Shown here: in pieces, positions 9,180 to 17,040 of the stretch | Position numbering within the stretch: position 1 is the stretch's first letter | How the letters are laid out: every line of letters starts with the position of its first letter | Virus record (IMG/VR): IMGVR_UViG_3300035208_006521 | Coordinates: 1 to 64,000 of that record | Source of the DNA: a virus | Lineage: Duplodnaviria > Caudoviricetes | Reading direction: 5' to 3' (one strand) | DNA: 64,000 nucleotides | The notes under the pieces: generated by a model | Seen by the model: only the letters and a program-made list of their open reading frames with translations | The model's database searches: none | What the model was told of the DNA's origin: nothing | Program-made: the position numbers and the translations under genes

Positions 9180-9929
9180 TCACATTAGATTTTTTTCCTG
9201 AAAATGAGTTACTAATTCTTTATCAAACTCATCCAATTTTTCTCCCGACTCTATTTTCTTTTTTAGGGATTCTAATAACTTCTTTTCTTCTCCTGAAGCA
9301 TCACTTTCAAATTTTCCTCTTTTATCTTCTATCCTCTTTTTAGAGTTTGACAGTAAATAATTCGCTCCTTTGTTGATGAATTCTTCTATCATAGGATTAC
9401 ATGTCAATATACCATAATTGAACCCATCAAGTTTTGGCAGTTTTATTTTAACAAACCAATCTACAAATATTGGTATATCATTTTCTTTTATACCATATCT
9501 GAAAAGATTTAATATTCCTGATTGTATTTTATAAAAGTATTGTGTATTTCTTTCATTGAGATATTTATCAGGAATATGAGGCAGAATTTTATTCTTCCAT
9601 ATACCCTCAAATTTATCCATAGCTTTTTTATTCCTCTCTTTTCTTTTTTCTTTACTTATCTCTAATTTTTTTCCCACCTCTTCATATATTTCCAAAGCGG
9701 AGAAATATAAGTTGGTTTCTTTATAAGGAGTACGGTTGGATATAACAAATAATTTGGAGAGGGCATTCTGCACTTTAGAAGTTGTTAGCGATAACTCTTT
9801 GACAGTTTTAGATTGAGACGGAAATTTCCCTTCTTTTTTCTTGAATGCTATATAATAGATATAAACAAAAAAGGATTCTGCCCCCAAATCCTTCATCATT
9901 TGTCTTGTTATGTCTATTTCCATTTTCAT
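9180..9929 (-). CDS. Probable replication initiator (N-terminal winged HTH)
   Basis: FPSQSKTVKELSLTTSKVQNALSKL HTH; lies directly upstream of loader and helicase. Confidence 0.5.
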   Translation of the reverse strand: MKMEIDITRQMMKDLGAESFFVYIYYIAFKKKEGKFPSQSKTVKELSLTTSKVQNALSKLFVISNRTPYKETNLYFSALEIYEEVGKKLEISKEKRKERNKKAMDKFEGIWKNKILPHIPDKYLNERNTQYFYKIQSGILNLFRYGIKENDIPIFVDWFVKIKLPKLDGFNYGILTCNPMIEEFINKGANYLLSNSKKRIEDKRGKFESDASGEEKKLLESLKKKIESGEKLDEFDKELVTHFQEKNLM

Positions 9930-10216
9930 AATCTGCTTATTATATATTTTGTTAAATTCTCGTCGTCTTTTAATAATGATTCTTTTTTATAGGATATATA
10001 TTTTATATTCCAAAGGGGAATGAAAAATATTTTATTTTCCTCATATCCGTCTTCTATAGCAGATATTTCATATAATTCATATCCTAATACTGGGGATATT
10101 ACTTGTTTATAAAAATTAAATCTTCTGCCTTCTCCGTATCCAAAAAGAGTGTTTATAAATGTTTCATTCCCGGTATCTATTCCGGATATAATATCCCTTT
10201 CTTCTTTCTCAAACAT
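9926..10216 (-). CDS. Hypothetical protein
   Basis: ORF track; RBS-like GAGAGG upstream; coupled to the next gene. Confidence 0.6.
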   Translation of the reverse strand: MFEKEERDIISGIDTGNETFINTLFGYGEGRRFNFYKQVISPVLGYELYEISAIEDGYEENKIFFIPLWNIKYISYKKESLLKDDENLTKYIISRL

Positions 10217-10273
10217 ATTAGCCTCTCATAGTATATAAGAGATTTTTATAATCAGGTCTCAAATTTTTCTACA

Positions 10274-10301
10274 ATTATATATCCCATGAATTTTTTGTAA
10301 A
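10274..10301 (-). promoter_or_regulatory. Putative promoter of the replication operon, (G)TTTACA-N16-TATAAT
   Basis: Read directly on the minus strand upstream of the 10216 ORF. Confidence 0.6.
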
Positions 10302-10477
10302 CAATAAAAAAAACAGTTTTTCTCATATTCTAAGTTTATGTATATACATAACTTTATATAAGAGTATTGCGTGCACACGCTACACGCATATATATAGAAG
10401 GGGAAATTTTCCTCCCCAAAGTTATGTAAAAGACAAATTACTATTGTCATAATAAAATCAAAAAAGGAGAAAACATT

Positions 10478-11299
10478 ATGAAGCAATTAGAAGAAATACT
10501 AGAACAGGTAAATTTCAAGGTCATCAGAGAAAGGATATTTAATCCAGCAAAAAAGGACACCGGGTTCGATACTCTCTACAGAGAAGATACAGGGGACAAT
10601 CTGGGAGTTGTTTCTCGAAATTACGGGTTAGCTACTCACTCTGAAGTTCTAGAAAAAGTAGCGGAAGAATTCAAAAAAAGTAAATTACCGGAAGCACTTC
10701 CACTATATCTTGATTTACCAAAGAACGGGGCGATGATGTTCTTAGAGTTAAGATTTTCGAAAGAATTTAATTTATCGACAAAATCTGACCCTGATTATAT
10801 TTCACCGGGAGCAATAGTAGTTAACTCTTACAACAGAAAATTACAATTTGATCTACAGGGTTTTATTTACAGAGTAGTCTGTTCAAATAAAGCTGTAGTT
10901 AAAGAAAGTTTGTTCCAATACAGAAGCAGACACACAAAAAGACTACTAGTAGACGAACCAGTTAAAAAATTTGTTGAAGTATATCCTAATTTTGAAAAGA
11001 TAGTAATTCCGAGATTATCCCAAATGACAAAAGAAATAGTTCCAGAAAATAAAATACTATCCACACTTGATCAATTTCCGGGATGGATACAGGAAGAAAG
11101 TCTACAATATCTTGCAGAAAGAAAATTCATCACTTATAAGGAAGAAAACAATGAAGTGGAAATCAGCAAAACAGACAAAAAACTTACTGTCTGGGATTTT
11201 GTAAACACTTTCACTTTCGTCCTTACTCATACTGGCTCTGTCTCTACTGAGAGTAGATTAAAATATCTATTTACGTTATCTTCTATTTTCTCCCTTTAG
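10478..11299 (+). CDS. DUF932-family protein
   Basis: LYREDTGDNLGVVSRNY...H, VVNSYN, YRVVCSN pattern. Confidence 0.75.
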   Translation: MKQLEEILEQVNFKVIRERIFNPAKKDTGFDTLYREDTGDNLGVVSRNYGLATHSEVLEKVAEEFKKSKLPEALPLYLDLPKNGAMMFLELRFSKEFNLSTKSDPDYISPGAIVVNSYNRKLQFDLQGFIYRVVCSNKAVVKESLFQYRSRHTKRLLVDEPVKKFVEVYPNFEKIVIPRLSQMTKEIVPENKILSTLDQFPGWIQEESLQYLAERKFITYKEENNEVEISKTDKKLTVWDFVNTFTFVLTHTGSVSTESRLKYLFTLSSIFSL

Positions 11300-11305
11300 T
11301 TTTAT

Positions 11306-11347
11306 CAACCTCCTTTCTATTCTCTCTGGAAAGGAGGTTGTTTTTTT
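11306..11347 (+). terminator. Intrinsic terminator
   Basis: caacctcctttc / gaaaggaggttg 12-bp stem followed by T7, then GTGG. Confidence 0.85.
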
Positions 11348-11579
11348 GTGGTTTGTTTCCTAATAAAAAATCATTTTCCTAATTGAGGATTTGTTTTATT
11401 TTTCTCTTCTAATAAATGTAATAACAAAACCAAAGCAACTTCAAAACAAAACAATATATAATATATAATATGTAATAATAATATAATATAATAATATATA
11501 AAGAAGATTGCGCGAGGGTTTTTTGTTCTCTTCTACATAATAGAAGATATTCCTAGAATCCTATATTCCTATATTCCAG

Positions 11580-11602
11580 AAGTTACGAGGTAACATAATA
11601 TA
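11580..11602 (+). promoter_or_regulatory. 23-bp promoter/operator box, copy 1 (GTTAC-N3-GTAAC core)
   Basis: aagttacgaggtaacataatata, identical to 12437-12459. Confidence 0.7.
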
Positions 11603-11636
11603 TTCTCATCAACAAAAAACAACAGGAGAAAAGATT

Positions 11637-12017
11637 ATGAAAAAAGCATTAAAAAAAGAAGTAAAAAAAGCAGCAGTAAAAAAAGAAGTAAAAGCAGCAG
11701 TAAAAAAAGCAGTAAAAAAAGAAGAAGTAAAAAAAGTAGCAGGTCTGAACAGAACTAAAATCATCCTTGAAAAAGTAGAAAAAGGGGAAACAAGAAAGGC
11801 AATCATCCTGGCTTTAATAGCCCTCAACGAAAAAGAAGGAAAAGAAACCACTCCGAAATCAACAGCAGGCCTAGTAAGCAGAGTCTTCACAAAGTATAAC
11901 CTGACAGGAAAAGTAGAATCCGGAACAGGTAAAAATACCGCAAAGAAAAAGAATCTGAAAATCAAAAAAGAAGAACCTAAAAATAAAAAGAAAGTAGACA
12001 CAAATGAAGAATTCTAA
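11637..12017 (+). CDS. Histone H1-like Lys/Ala-rich DNA-binding protein
   Basis: N-terminal KKEVKKAAVKKEVKAAVKKAVKK repeats, then a short helical domain and a basic tail. Confidence 0.6.
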   Translation: MKKALKKEVKKAAVKKEVKAAVKKAVKKEEVKKVAGLNRTKIILEKVEKGETRKAIILALIALNEKEGKETTPKSTAGLVSRVFTKYNLTGKVESGTGKNTAKKKNLKIKKEEPKNKKKVDTNEEF

Positions 12018-12024
12018 AACTAAA

Positions 12025-12054
12025 GGGAGAGCCTAATAAGCTCTCCCATTTTTT
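12025..12054 (+). terminator. Intrinsic terminator
   Basis: gggagagc / gctctccc stem plus T-run. Confidence 0.8.
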
Positions 12055-12148
12055 CTGTGTTTACCTGATATATGTTACGCAATAACATATTCTATTCATT
12101 ATAACCTCCGTTAGGAGTATAAAATAAATCACAAAAAAGGAGTCCTTT

Positions 12149-12382
12149 ATGGATAAAGTAAAAAGAATTTTCAAAGTAAGGCTTCTTGGGAATTCCTTCT
12201 ATATAGAAGGAATTAACATCCTAGAAGCAATGAAGGGAGCGGCTAAAGCCTATACAGTCAGATTCGGTTCTTCGGACGGTTCTGAAGAAGAATTGATGGA
12301 AAAAATTCCAAGAGTAAGAAAAATATGTGACCTGGACAATGTATCCGAAGAATATCAGGAAATGTTAGAACAGACAATCTAA
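12149..12382 (+). CDS. Hypothetical early protein
   Basis: ORF track; AAGGAG RBS; followed by its own terminator. Confidence 0.7.
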   Translation: MDKVKRIFKVRLLGNSFYIEGINILEAMKGAAKAYTVRFGSSDGSEEELMEKIPRVRKICDLDNVSEEYQEMLEQTI

Positions 12383-12391
12383 TATTTCCGG

Positions 12392-12424
12392 GAAAGGGAG
12401 CATTCAGCTCCCTTTCTTTTTTTG
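12392..12424 (+). terminator. Intrinsic terminator
   Basis: gaaagggagc-attca-gctccctttc plus T-run, then GTGG. Confidence 0.85.
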
Positions 12425-12436
12425 TGGTCTGCTTTA

Positions 12437-12459
12437 AAGTTACGAGGTAACATAATATA
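12437..12459 (+). promoter_or_regulatory. 23-bp promoter/operator box, copy 2
   Basis: Identical to 11580-11602. Confidence 0.7.
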
Positions 12460-12488
12460 GTATTATCAACAAAAAAGGAGAAAAGATT

Positions 12489-13037
12489 ATGAAAAAGATA
12501 ATCATTATTTTAATAAGTTTAACTTTCTTTATAGCATGCAGTGAAGTTGAAGAATTAAAAAGCATAGACCCTGATTACGGATTCGAAGATGAAATTCCAG
12601 ATTATGAAAAACAATCGGATTTATTATTCTGGATATCGACTCACCTTTACCACGACGGCGGAAGCAGTAGCTGGCAAACAGCAATTCAGACATGGGACAG
12701 AACTTATCAAGTCTCTGGTAATTCTAAAATATTTCACTTAGGAGATTGTGAAGATGGCGCTATTTTTACCCTTTATTTATTAAGGAAAAAGTTTAATATC
12801 CAGGGATACCTGGTAAGGGTTAGAATAAAAAGAAATGATCATGCCCATGCAATAGCTTACCTAGCAGATACGGATACTTATTTGGAACCTTTCGATCATA
12901 ATCAGTATATCATCCCGGATGTAAATACTGAATATGAAGTAAATGAAATGATTCCATACGGGGAGGCAATGTATATGGCAGAACAAGGACATTACATAAA
13001 GGCAGATCAAAACGATCCTTTACTTGATATTTTCTAA
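12489..13037 (+). CDS. Lipoprotein with transglutaminase-like (LapG/BTLCP-type) Cys protease domain
   Basis: Signal peptide with lipobox FFIAC; GDCEDGA catalytic Cys motif; downstream HAHA. Confidence 0.65.
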   Translation: MKKIIIILISLTFFIACSEVEELKSIDPDYGFEDEIPDYEKQSDLLFWISTHLYHDGGSSSWQTAIQTWDRTYQVSGNSKIFHLGDCEDGAIFTLYLLRKKFNIQGYLVRVRIKRNDHAHAIAYLADTDTYLEPFDHNQYIIPDVNTEYEVNEMIPYGEAMYMAEQGHYIKADQNDPLLDIF

Positions 13038-13067
13038 AGGGCTATTTTTATAGCCCTTTCTTTTTTT
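13036..13067 (+). terminator. Intrinsic terminator
   Basis: aaagggcta / tagcccttt stem plus T7, then GTGG. Confidence 0.8.
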
Positions 13068-13137
13068 GTGGTTATCCCTTATTTAAGTTACAAGAAAACA
13101 AAATATTTTAACATAATAAAACAAAGGAGAAAAGATT

Positions 13138-13380
13138 ATGATGAATGTAGTAAAAATTTATGGCTACCTTCTTTTAAAAGGTAAAAAAGAACAAGAAAAA
13201 TCAGAGGAAATAATTCTGAAGGGAGAAATTCCGAAAAGATTCGATCCGAAAAGGATAATTTCAGTATCAAAAAATGGGGAAGAAAAAACTCACACTGTAG
13301 TATTTTCAGACGGATACACAAGGACAATAAGAACAAAATCCGCAATAAAAGATTTTTATAAGGAATATTTCCCCTATTAG
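13138..13380 (+). CDS. Hypothetical early protein
   Basis: ORF track; shared leader AGGAGAAAAGATTATG. Confidence 0.7.
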   Translation: MMNVVKIYGYLLLKGKKEQEKSEEIILKGEIPKRFDPKRIISVSKNGEEKTHTVVFSDGYTRTIRTKSAIKDFYKEYFPY

Positions 13381-13389
13381 GAGGTTTTA

Positions 13390-13632
13390 ATGGAAACAGA
13401 AATTTTTTCAAAAGTAAGAGTCTATCAAGTATTTTCTAACAATTGGCAAATATGTTCTTTTTATAGAAAGGAGGACGCTGAAAAGTTAAAAAATCTTCTG
13501 GATAAAATAAAAAGAGCGGAAGCATTTAGGAATTCAGAGATAAAAATTTCGGAATCTTCCGAATATTTGTCAGAAAAGCAAATAGAAAATATTAAGGAAA
13601 CTCATAAAATTGAAATTCAGAGGCTGGCCTAA
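13390..13632 (+). CDS. Hypothetical early protein
   Basis: ORF track; GGAGG RBS. Confidence 0.65.
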   Translation: METEIFSKVRVYQVFSNNWQICSFYRKEDAEKLKNLLDKIKRAEAFRNSEIKISESSEYLSEKQIENIKETHKIEIQRLA

Positions 13633-13671
13633 AGCTAGCCTTTTTATATTCCAAAAAAAGGAGAAAAGATC

Positions 13672-13839
13672 ATGACAAAAGAAGAATATTTTAAAAAGGA
13701 AAACCAAAAAAAACTACAAGACCAACACAACAGAAAAAAGATAAGTACATGGAAAAGGATTGAATTTGATGACGAAAAGGAAGAAAAAGAAAGGCAGAGA
13801 AAAGGGTACCAACCCTTTAGGGATATAATTCCCGAATAA
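13672..13839 (+). CDS. Small charged hypothetical protein (55 aa)
   Basis: Hand-translated MTKEEYFKKENQKK...DIIPE; leader AGGAGAAAAGATCATG. Confidence 0.6.
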   Translation: MTKEEYFKKENQKKLQDQHNRKKISTWKRIEFDDEKEEKERQRKGYQPFRDIIPE

Positions 13840-13858
13840 ATTAGGTATTTAAAAAAAT

Positions 13859-13889
13859 AAGGGAGCTGAATGCTCCCTTTCTTTTTTTG
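13859..13889 (+). terminator. Intrinsic terminator ending the plus-strand island
   Basis: aagggagc-tgaat-gctcccttt plus T7, then GTGG. Confidence 0.85.
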
Positions 13890-13928
13890 TGGTTTTTATA
13901 GCTTCATATTACTAAAGAACTAATAACA

Positions 13929-13961
13929 ACAGCTGGCGTGCATTGATACGTGCAACGTAAA
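13929..13961 (+). repeat. 33-bp GC-rich element, copy 1 (inverted copy at 48596-48628)
   Basis: acagctggcgtgcattgatacgtgcaacgtaaa; 32/33 identical to the reverse complement of 48596-48628. Confidence 0.95.
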
Positions 13962-13978
13962 TTAACAAAAACAATGTT

Positions 13979-14018
13979 AAAAGAAGAGGCTGTACAAGTA
14001 AAAAACCTGTACAGCCTC
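13979..14018 (-). terminator. Intrinsic terminator of the leftward structural operon
   Basis: gaggctgtaca / tgtacagcctc 11-bp stem; TTCTTTT follows on the minus strand. Confidence 0.75.
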
Positions 14019-14054
14019 GACAGAAGGAAGCATTTTTACCTATAAATAGGCCTA

Positions 14055-15701
14055 TCATTTATTCCTGATTATCAATAACCTTCTCGGTTTTATATCCCCG
14101 CTTTCTGGGGGTTTTATTATCGCTTGATTTTCAGGTACCAGTGGCATTCCGTCACTCCATATTCCTATATCTGAAAGTGATCTTTCCACTATTTCATATA
14201 ATGTTACCCAATATGCAATCCACTGCAACGGGGTCCATTCTTTGTTACTATTATTTTCTGATTTAAAAAACGGCTGTACTTCTCTTTTAAACTCCGGACT
14301 GTTTTTTAATTTATCGATTATAGTTGCTCTTCTTTCTAATATGGTTGTTGCTGTCCATCTTTTCAAACTCCCTTTTTCGGCTTCCACTTTGTTTAAATAT
14401 TTTGCTATATCTGGTGCTGGCTCTCCTAAAGCATATCTTCTCACTTCTTCTGGGGAATTTTCATCTACGAACAATCCATAAGTTCTTATCATTATTTCCC
14501 TATCTGTTGGTGATAATATTTTCTTCATCCCATCTCTTACAGCATCTTTCACTAATTTCTTTTCTAATTCTACCCATGGGTCCGTTTTATAATGGCCGAC
14601 GGATTGTAGACTCTCGGAATCCAGAATAGAAAGTAGCGTGTCCGAATCTTCTTCTTTACCCAATTGTATATCTAAGCTTGTTATCCCCCTGCTTTGTGCT
14701 CTTTTATTCTTTATTTTTTCAAGAGTCCATTCATAATCTCTTATTGTTTTATGTCCTTCTTCATCAGGTAATGATTTTCTTTTCTTTTCCAGAATTTCCA
14801 ACAATTCCACATCTGAAGGTTCTGACCCTTTTTCTCCTCTTACTTCTTCTATTGTGTCTTTGAAGAACCATAAATATAATTGATCTTTTCCTGAAGCACT
14901 TAAATGTCCCCCACCTCCGCTGCCAACTGCAAGCTTAGCGGCTAAATTTGATTTGAGGAAGGAATTAACATATTGCTCAAATGGAATTTCCTTGTTCTTT
15001 TTATTTTTTAAATATGATAGAGCGGAATTATATACAACAAGAAATGTGTCGTTTATAAGGTCTTTTTCTTCATATCCATAGTTTGCTGCGTTCCATCCCT
15101 TTCTCATCCTGCTTTTATAATATGCACCGGCTATTTTAGAAAATTTTCCCCAATCTTTCATAACCAGGTCTTTAGCTATTTTCATAACTCTTTCATCAGA
15201 GTCCTTATGTTTAATAGCTCTGTCCTCTGTTTTTGTTTCACCTGATTTTTTTCTTTCTAAAGAAGATTGAAACCAAGATTTGTCACTTCTTTCTACTTTG
15301 TCTTTGGGTACATTGGAGGCTACTGTTTTCAGGCCATTAACGGTATACTCAATGTCAAAATGTTCGGGTCCCCTGGAAGATGTTCCATCAGAACCTATTA
15401 CTTTTCCGAAGAATTTCTTTTTAGAAGCACCGGGCAGACTAAAACTGACAAGAGTTCCGGATTTTATTCTACCAAAAGTCGATTTTATTTTTTTACCATA
15501 ACCTGTTGTCAATCCTTGTTTTTCTCTTTCTAAATATTCTTTTTTGTCTTCTTCTGTCTTGAAATATTTTGGCTTTTCAGCATCTATTTTCACTACTAGT
15601 TTTTTTGGTTTTTTTTCTTCTCCGTAATCATAGTGATATTTACCACCTTCCATCCATCTTCTTTTGTATTTTGACCCTGATTTTATTTCTCCTTTTTTCA
15701 T
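14055..15701 (-). CDS. Sigma-70-family factor with an N-terminal head-protein-type tag (putatively virion-packaged)
   Basis: Region 2 (KDLINDTFLVVYNSALSY...FEQYV), region 3 (GSEPSDVELLEIL; TSLDIQLGKEEDSDTLLSIL), region 4 (LSPTDREIMIRTYGL...PDIAKYL). N-terminal IKS-GSKYKRRW..GGKYHYDY tag. Confidence 0.7.
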   Translation of the reverse strand: MKKGEIKSGSKYKRRWMEGGKYHYDYGEEKKPKKLVVKIDAEKPKYFKTEEDKKEYLEREKQGLTTGYGKKIKSTFGRIKSGTLVSFSLPGASKKKFFGKVIGSDGTSSRGPEHFDIEYTVNGLKTVASNVPKDKVERSDKSWFQSSLERKKSGETKTEDRAIKHKDSDERVMKIAKDLVMKDWGKFSKIAGAYYKSRMRKGWNAANYGYEEKDLINDTFLVVYNSALSYLKNKKNKEIPFEQYVNSFLKSNLAAKLAVGSGGGGHLSASGKDQLYLWFFKDTIEEVRGEKGSEPSDVELLEILEKKRKSLPDEEGHKTIRDYEWTLEKIKNKRAQSRGITSLDIQLGKEEDSDTLLSILDSESLQSVGHYKTDPWVELEKKLVKDAVRDGMKKILSPTDREIMIRTYGLFVDENSPEEVRRYALGEPAPDIAKYLNKVEAEKGSLKRWTATTILERRATIIDKLKNSPEFKREVQPFFKSENNSNKEWTPLQWIAYWVTLYEIVERSLSDIGIWSDGMPLVPENQAIIKPPESGDIKPRRLLIIRNK

Positions 15702-15703
15702 AT

Positions 15704-15982
15704 TTATGCCCTCTGTTTTTTGCTTCGAATTATATCAGTTCTTAGCTCTTTATGAGCTTCTTTGTTCTCTTCTTTAAATTTATCAAACTCTGTACATCTT
15801 AAATATTTTTCTGGAAGTTCCAATTTTAAATCAACAACTTCCCGGGAAAGTTCTTTTATGTCTTTAGCTACCCCTTTTATAGAAGTATGTACTTTTCTTA
15901 TACTACCACTTATTACCGTAAAAGCACCGCCAACAAATACTGTTAAGATTATATACTCTACCATTTTTTCTAAATTCACCAT
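15704..15982 (-). CDS. Small single-TM coiled-coil protein (holin-like?)
   Basis: Hydrophobic IILTVFVGGAFTVI followed by a coiled coil. Confidence 0.35.
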   Translation of the reverse strand: MVNLEKMVEYIILTVFVGGAFTVISGSIRKVHTSIKGVAKDIKELSREVVDLKLELPEKYLRCTEFDKFKEENKEAHKELRTDIIRSKKQRA

Positions 15983-15993
15983 TTTTTACACCC

Positions 15994-17040
15994 CTATTGT
16001 TGATTTTTTACAAAACCTTTGAGTACAAGTCCGGGTTCTAAAGCCCCAAATTCATTCTTGATACAATAACATTCAAAAGTCTTTCCTCCTCCATTATTAA
16101 CTTCTATCCAATAGGCTGGATATCTTTCTTCATAACTAGCACTTGGTCCTGAATTACCAAACATATATATTCTATTATTATGTATCAAGCCACTATAAAC
16201 ATTTGAAAAATCTTCAAGATTGCCGACCGTATATTGTACACCATCAATCCAGACACATCCCCAATGATAGCTGTTAGTATAAGAACGTTGATAACCAAAT
16301 ATATATAATACTCCATCTTTTAATATAGCATCAGTTGCAGTTGTATGAAGTATTCCATATGACCCGACCCATACTTTAATCCCATTTTTCCAATAACAAG
16401 CCCTATAATAAGTACCGCTATATTCGAAACCAAAAGCATAAATATCATCCCCATCTACTAGAAGATGATTTACACCTCCCTCCTGCCCCGATAATGGGAG
16501 AATAGTTAAAATCCCATTTTTCCAATAACACGGGTGGGAATAATTGGGATTCTTTAAACTCCCCCATAAATAAAAATCAGTATCTTTTATAAAACCACCA
16601 CTAGAAGAAGTTTGACCTGTATAGGAATCTTGCCACTGTACTATCCCATTTTTCCAATAACAAGCTCTTTTAGAAAGTGGGTCTAGAGCTGTTATATATC
16701 TCCAGCCAAACATATAAATATCACCATTTATAATCTGACCGTTGTAACAATTGGATTCTTGTCCCGCACTTTCCGAAGGAGATAGGTTTCTAATACCGTT
16801 TTTCCAATGACATGCTATATTGTATAAATGGCTATTGTAAGAATATATATCAGTACCAAAGATATATAAATCTTTCCCGTAAAACATTCCATCCACCGCC
16901 TGTCCAAAAGCCTGGTACATTTCTAGCTCTACACCTCTCCTATCTTTATAATAATAAGGTCGTGTGTGTCCTCCCCCGGATATTTCATATCCCGCTCCGA
17001 ACAAGGTAGTGTGTGATTTTTTTAATCTAGTAGCAATCAT
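15994..17040 (-). CDS. Beta-propeller-like repeat protein, probable receptor-binding or tail-tip protein
   Basis: About 6 repeats of D(I/L)Y(I/M)FG...(A/P)CYWKNG; follows the tail fibre gene. Confidence 0.55.
   Translation of the reverse strand: MIATRLKKSHTTLFGAGYEISGGGHTRPYYYKDRRGVELEMYQAFGQAVDGMFYGKDLYIFGTDIYSYNSHLYNIACHWKNGIRNLSPSESAGQESNCYNGQIINGDIYMFGWRYITALDPLSKRACYWKNGIVQWQDSYTGQTSSSGGFIKDTDFYLWGSLKNPNYSHPCYWKNGILTILPLSGQEGGVNHLLVDGDDIYAFGFEYSGTYYRACYWKNGIKVWVGSYGILHTTATDAILKDGVLYIFGYQRSYTNSYHWGCVWIDGVQYTVGNLEDFSNVYSGLIHNNRIYMFGNSGPSASYEERYPAYWIEVNNGGGKTFECYCIKNEFGALEPGLVLKGFVKNQQ

Noticed and set aside
10259-10486. Minus-strand 75-aa ORF in the divergent control region
   Set aside because: It overlaps promoters and the start of the DUF932 gene and has no RBS; likely spurious.
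11306-13892. Repeated hairpins and leaders as a CRISPR array or integron attC array
   Set aside because: Spacing is gene-sized and irregular, the repeats are terminators and RBS leaders, and there is no cas gene, integrase or attC R/L box structure.
13929-13961. 33-bp element as a sigma54 promoter or dif site
   Set aside because: GG/GC spacing does not fit -24/-12 in either orientation, and there is no XerC/XerD arm match.
15994-17040. YWKNG repeats as a diversity-generating retroelement target
   Set aside because: No reverse transcriptase and no TR/VR pair differing at adenines in the window.
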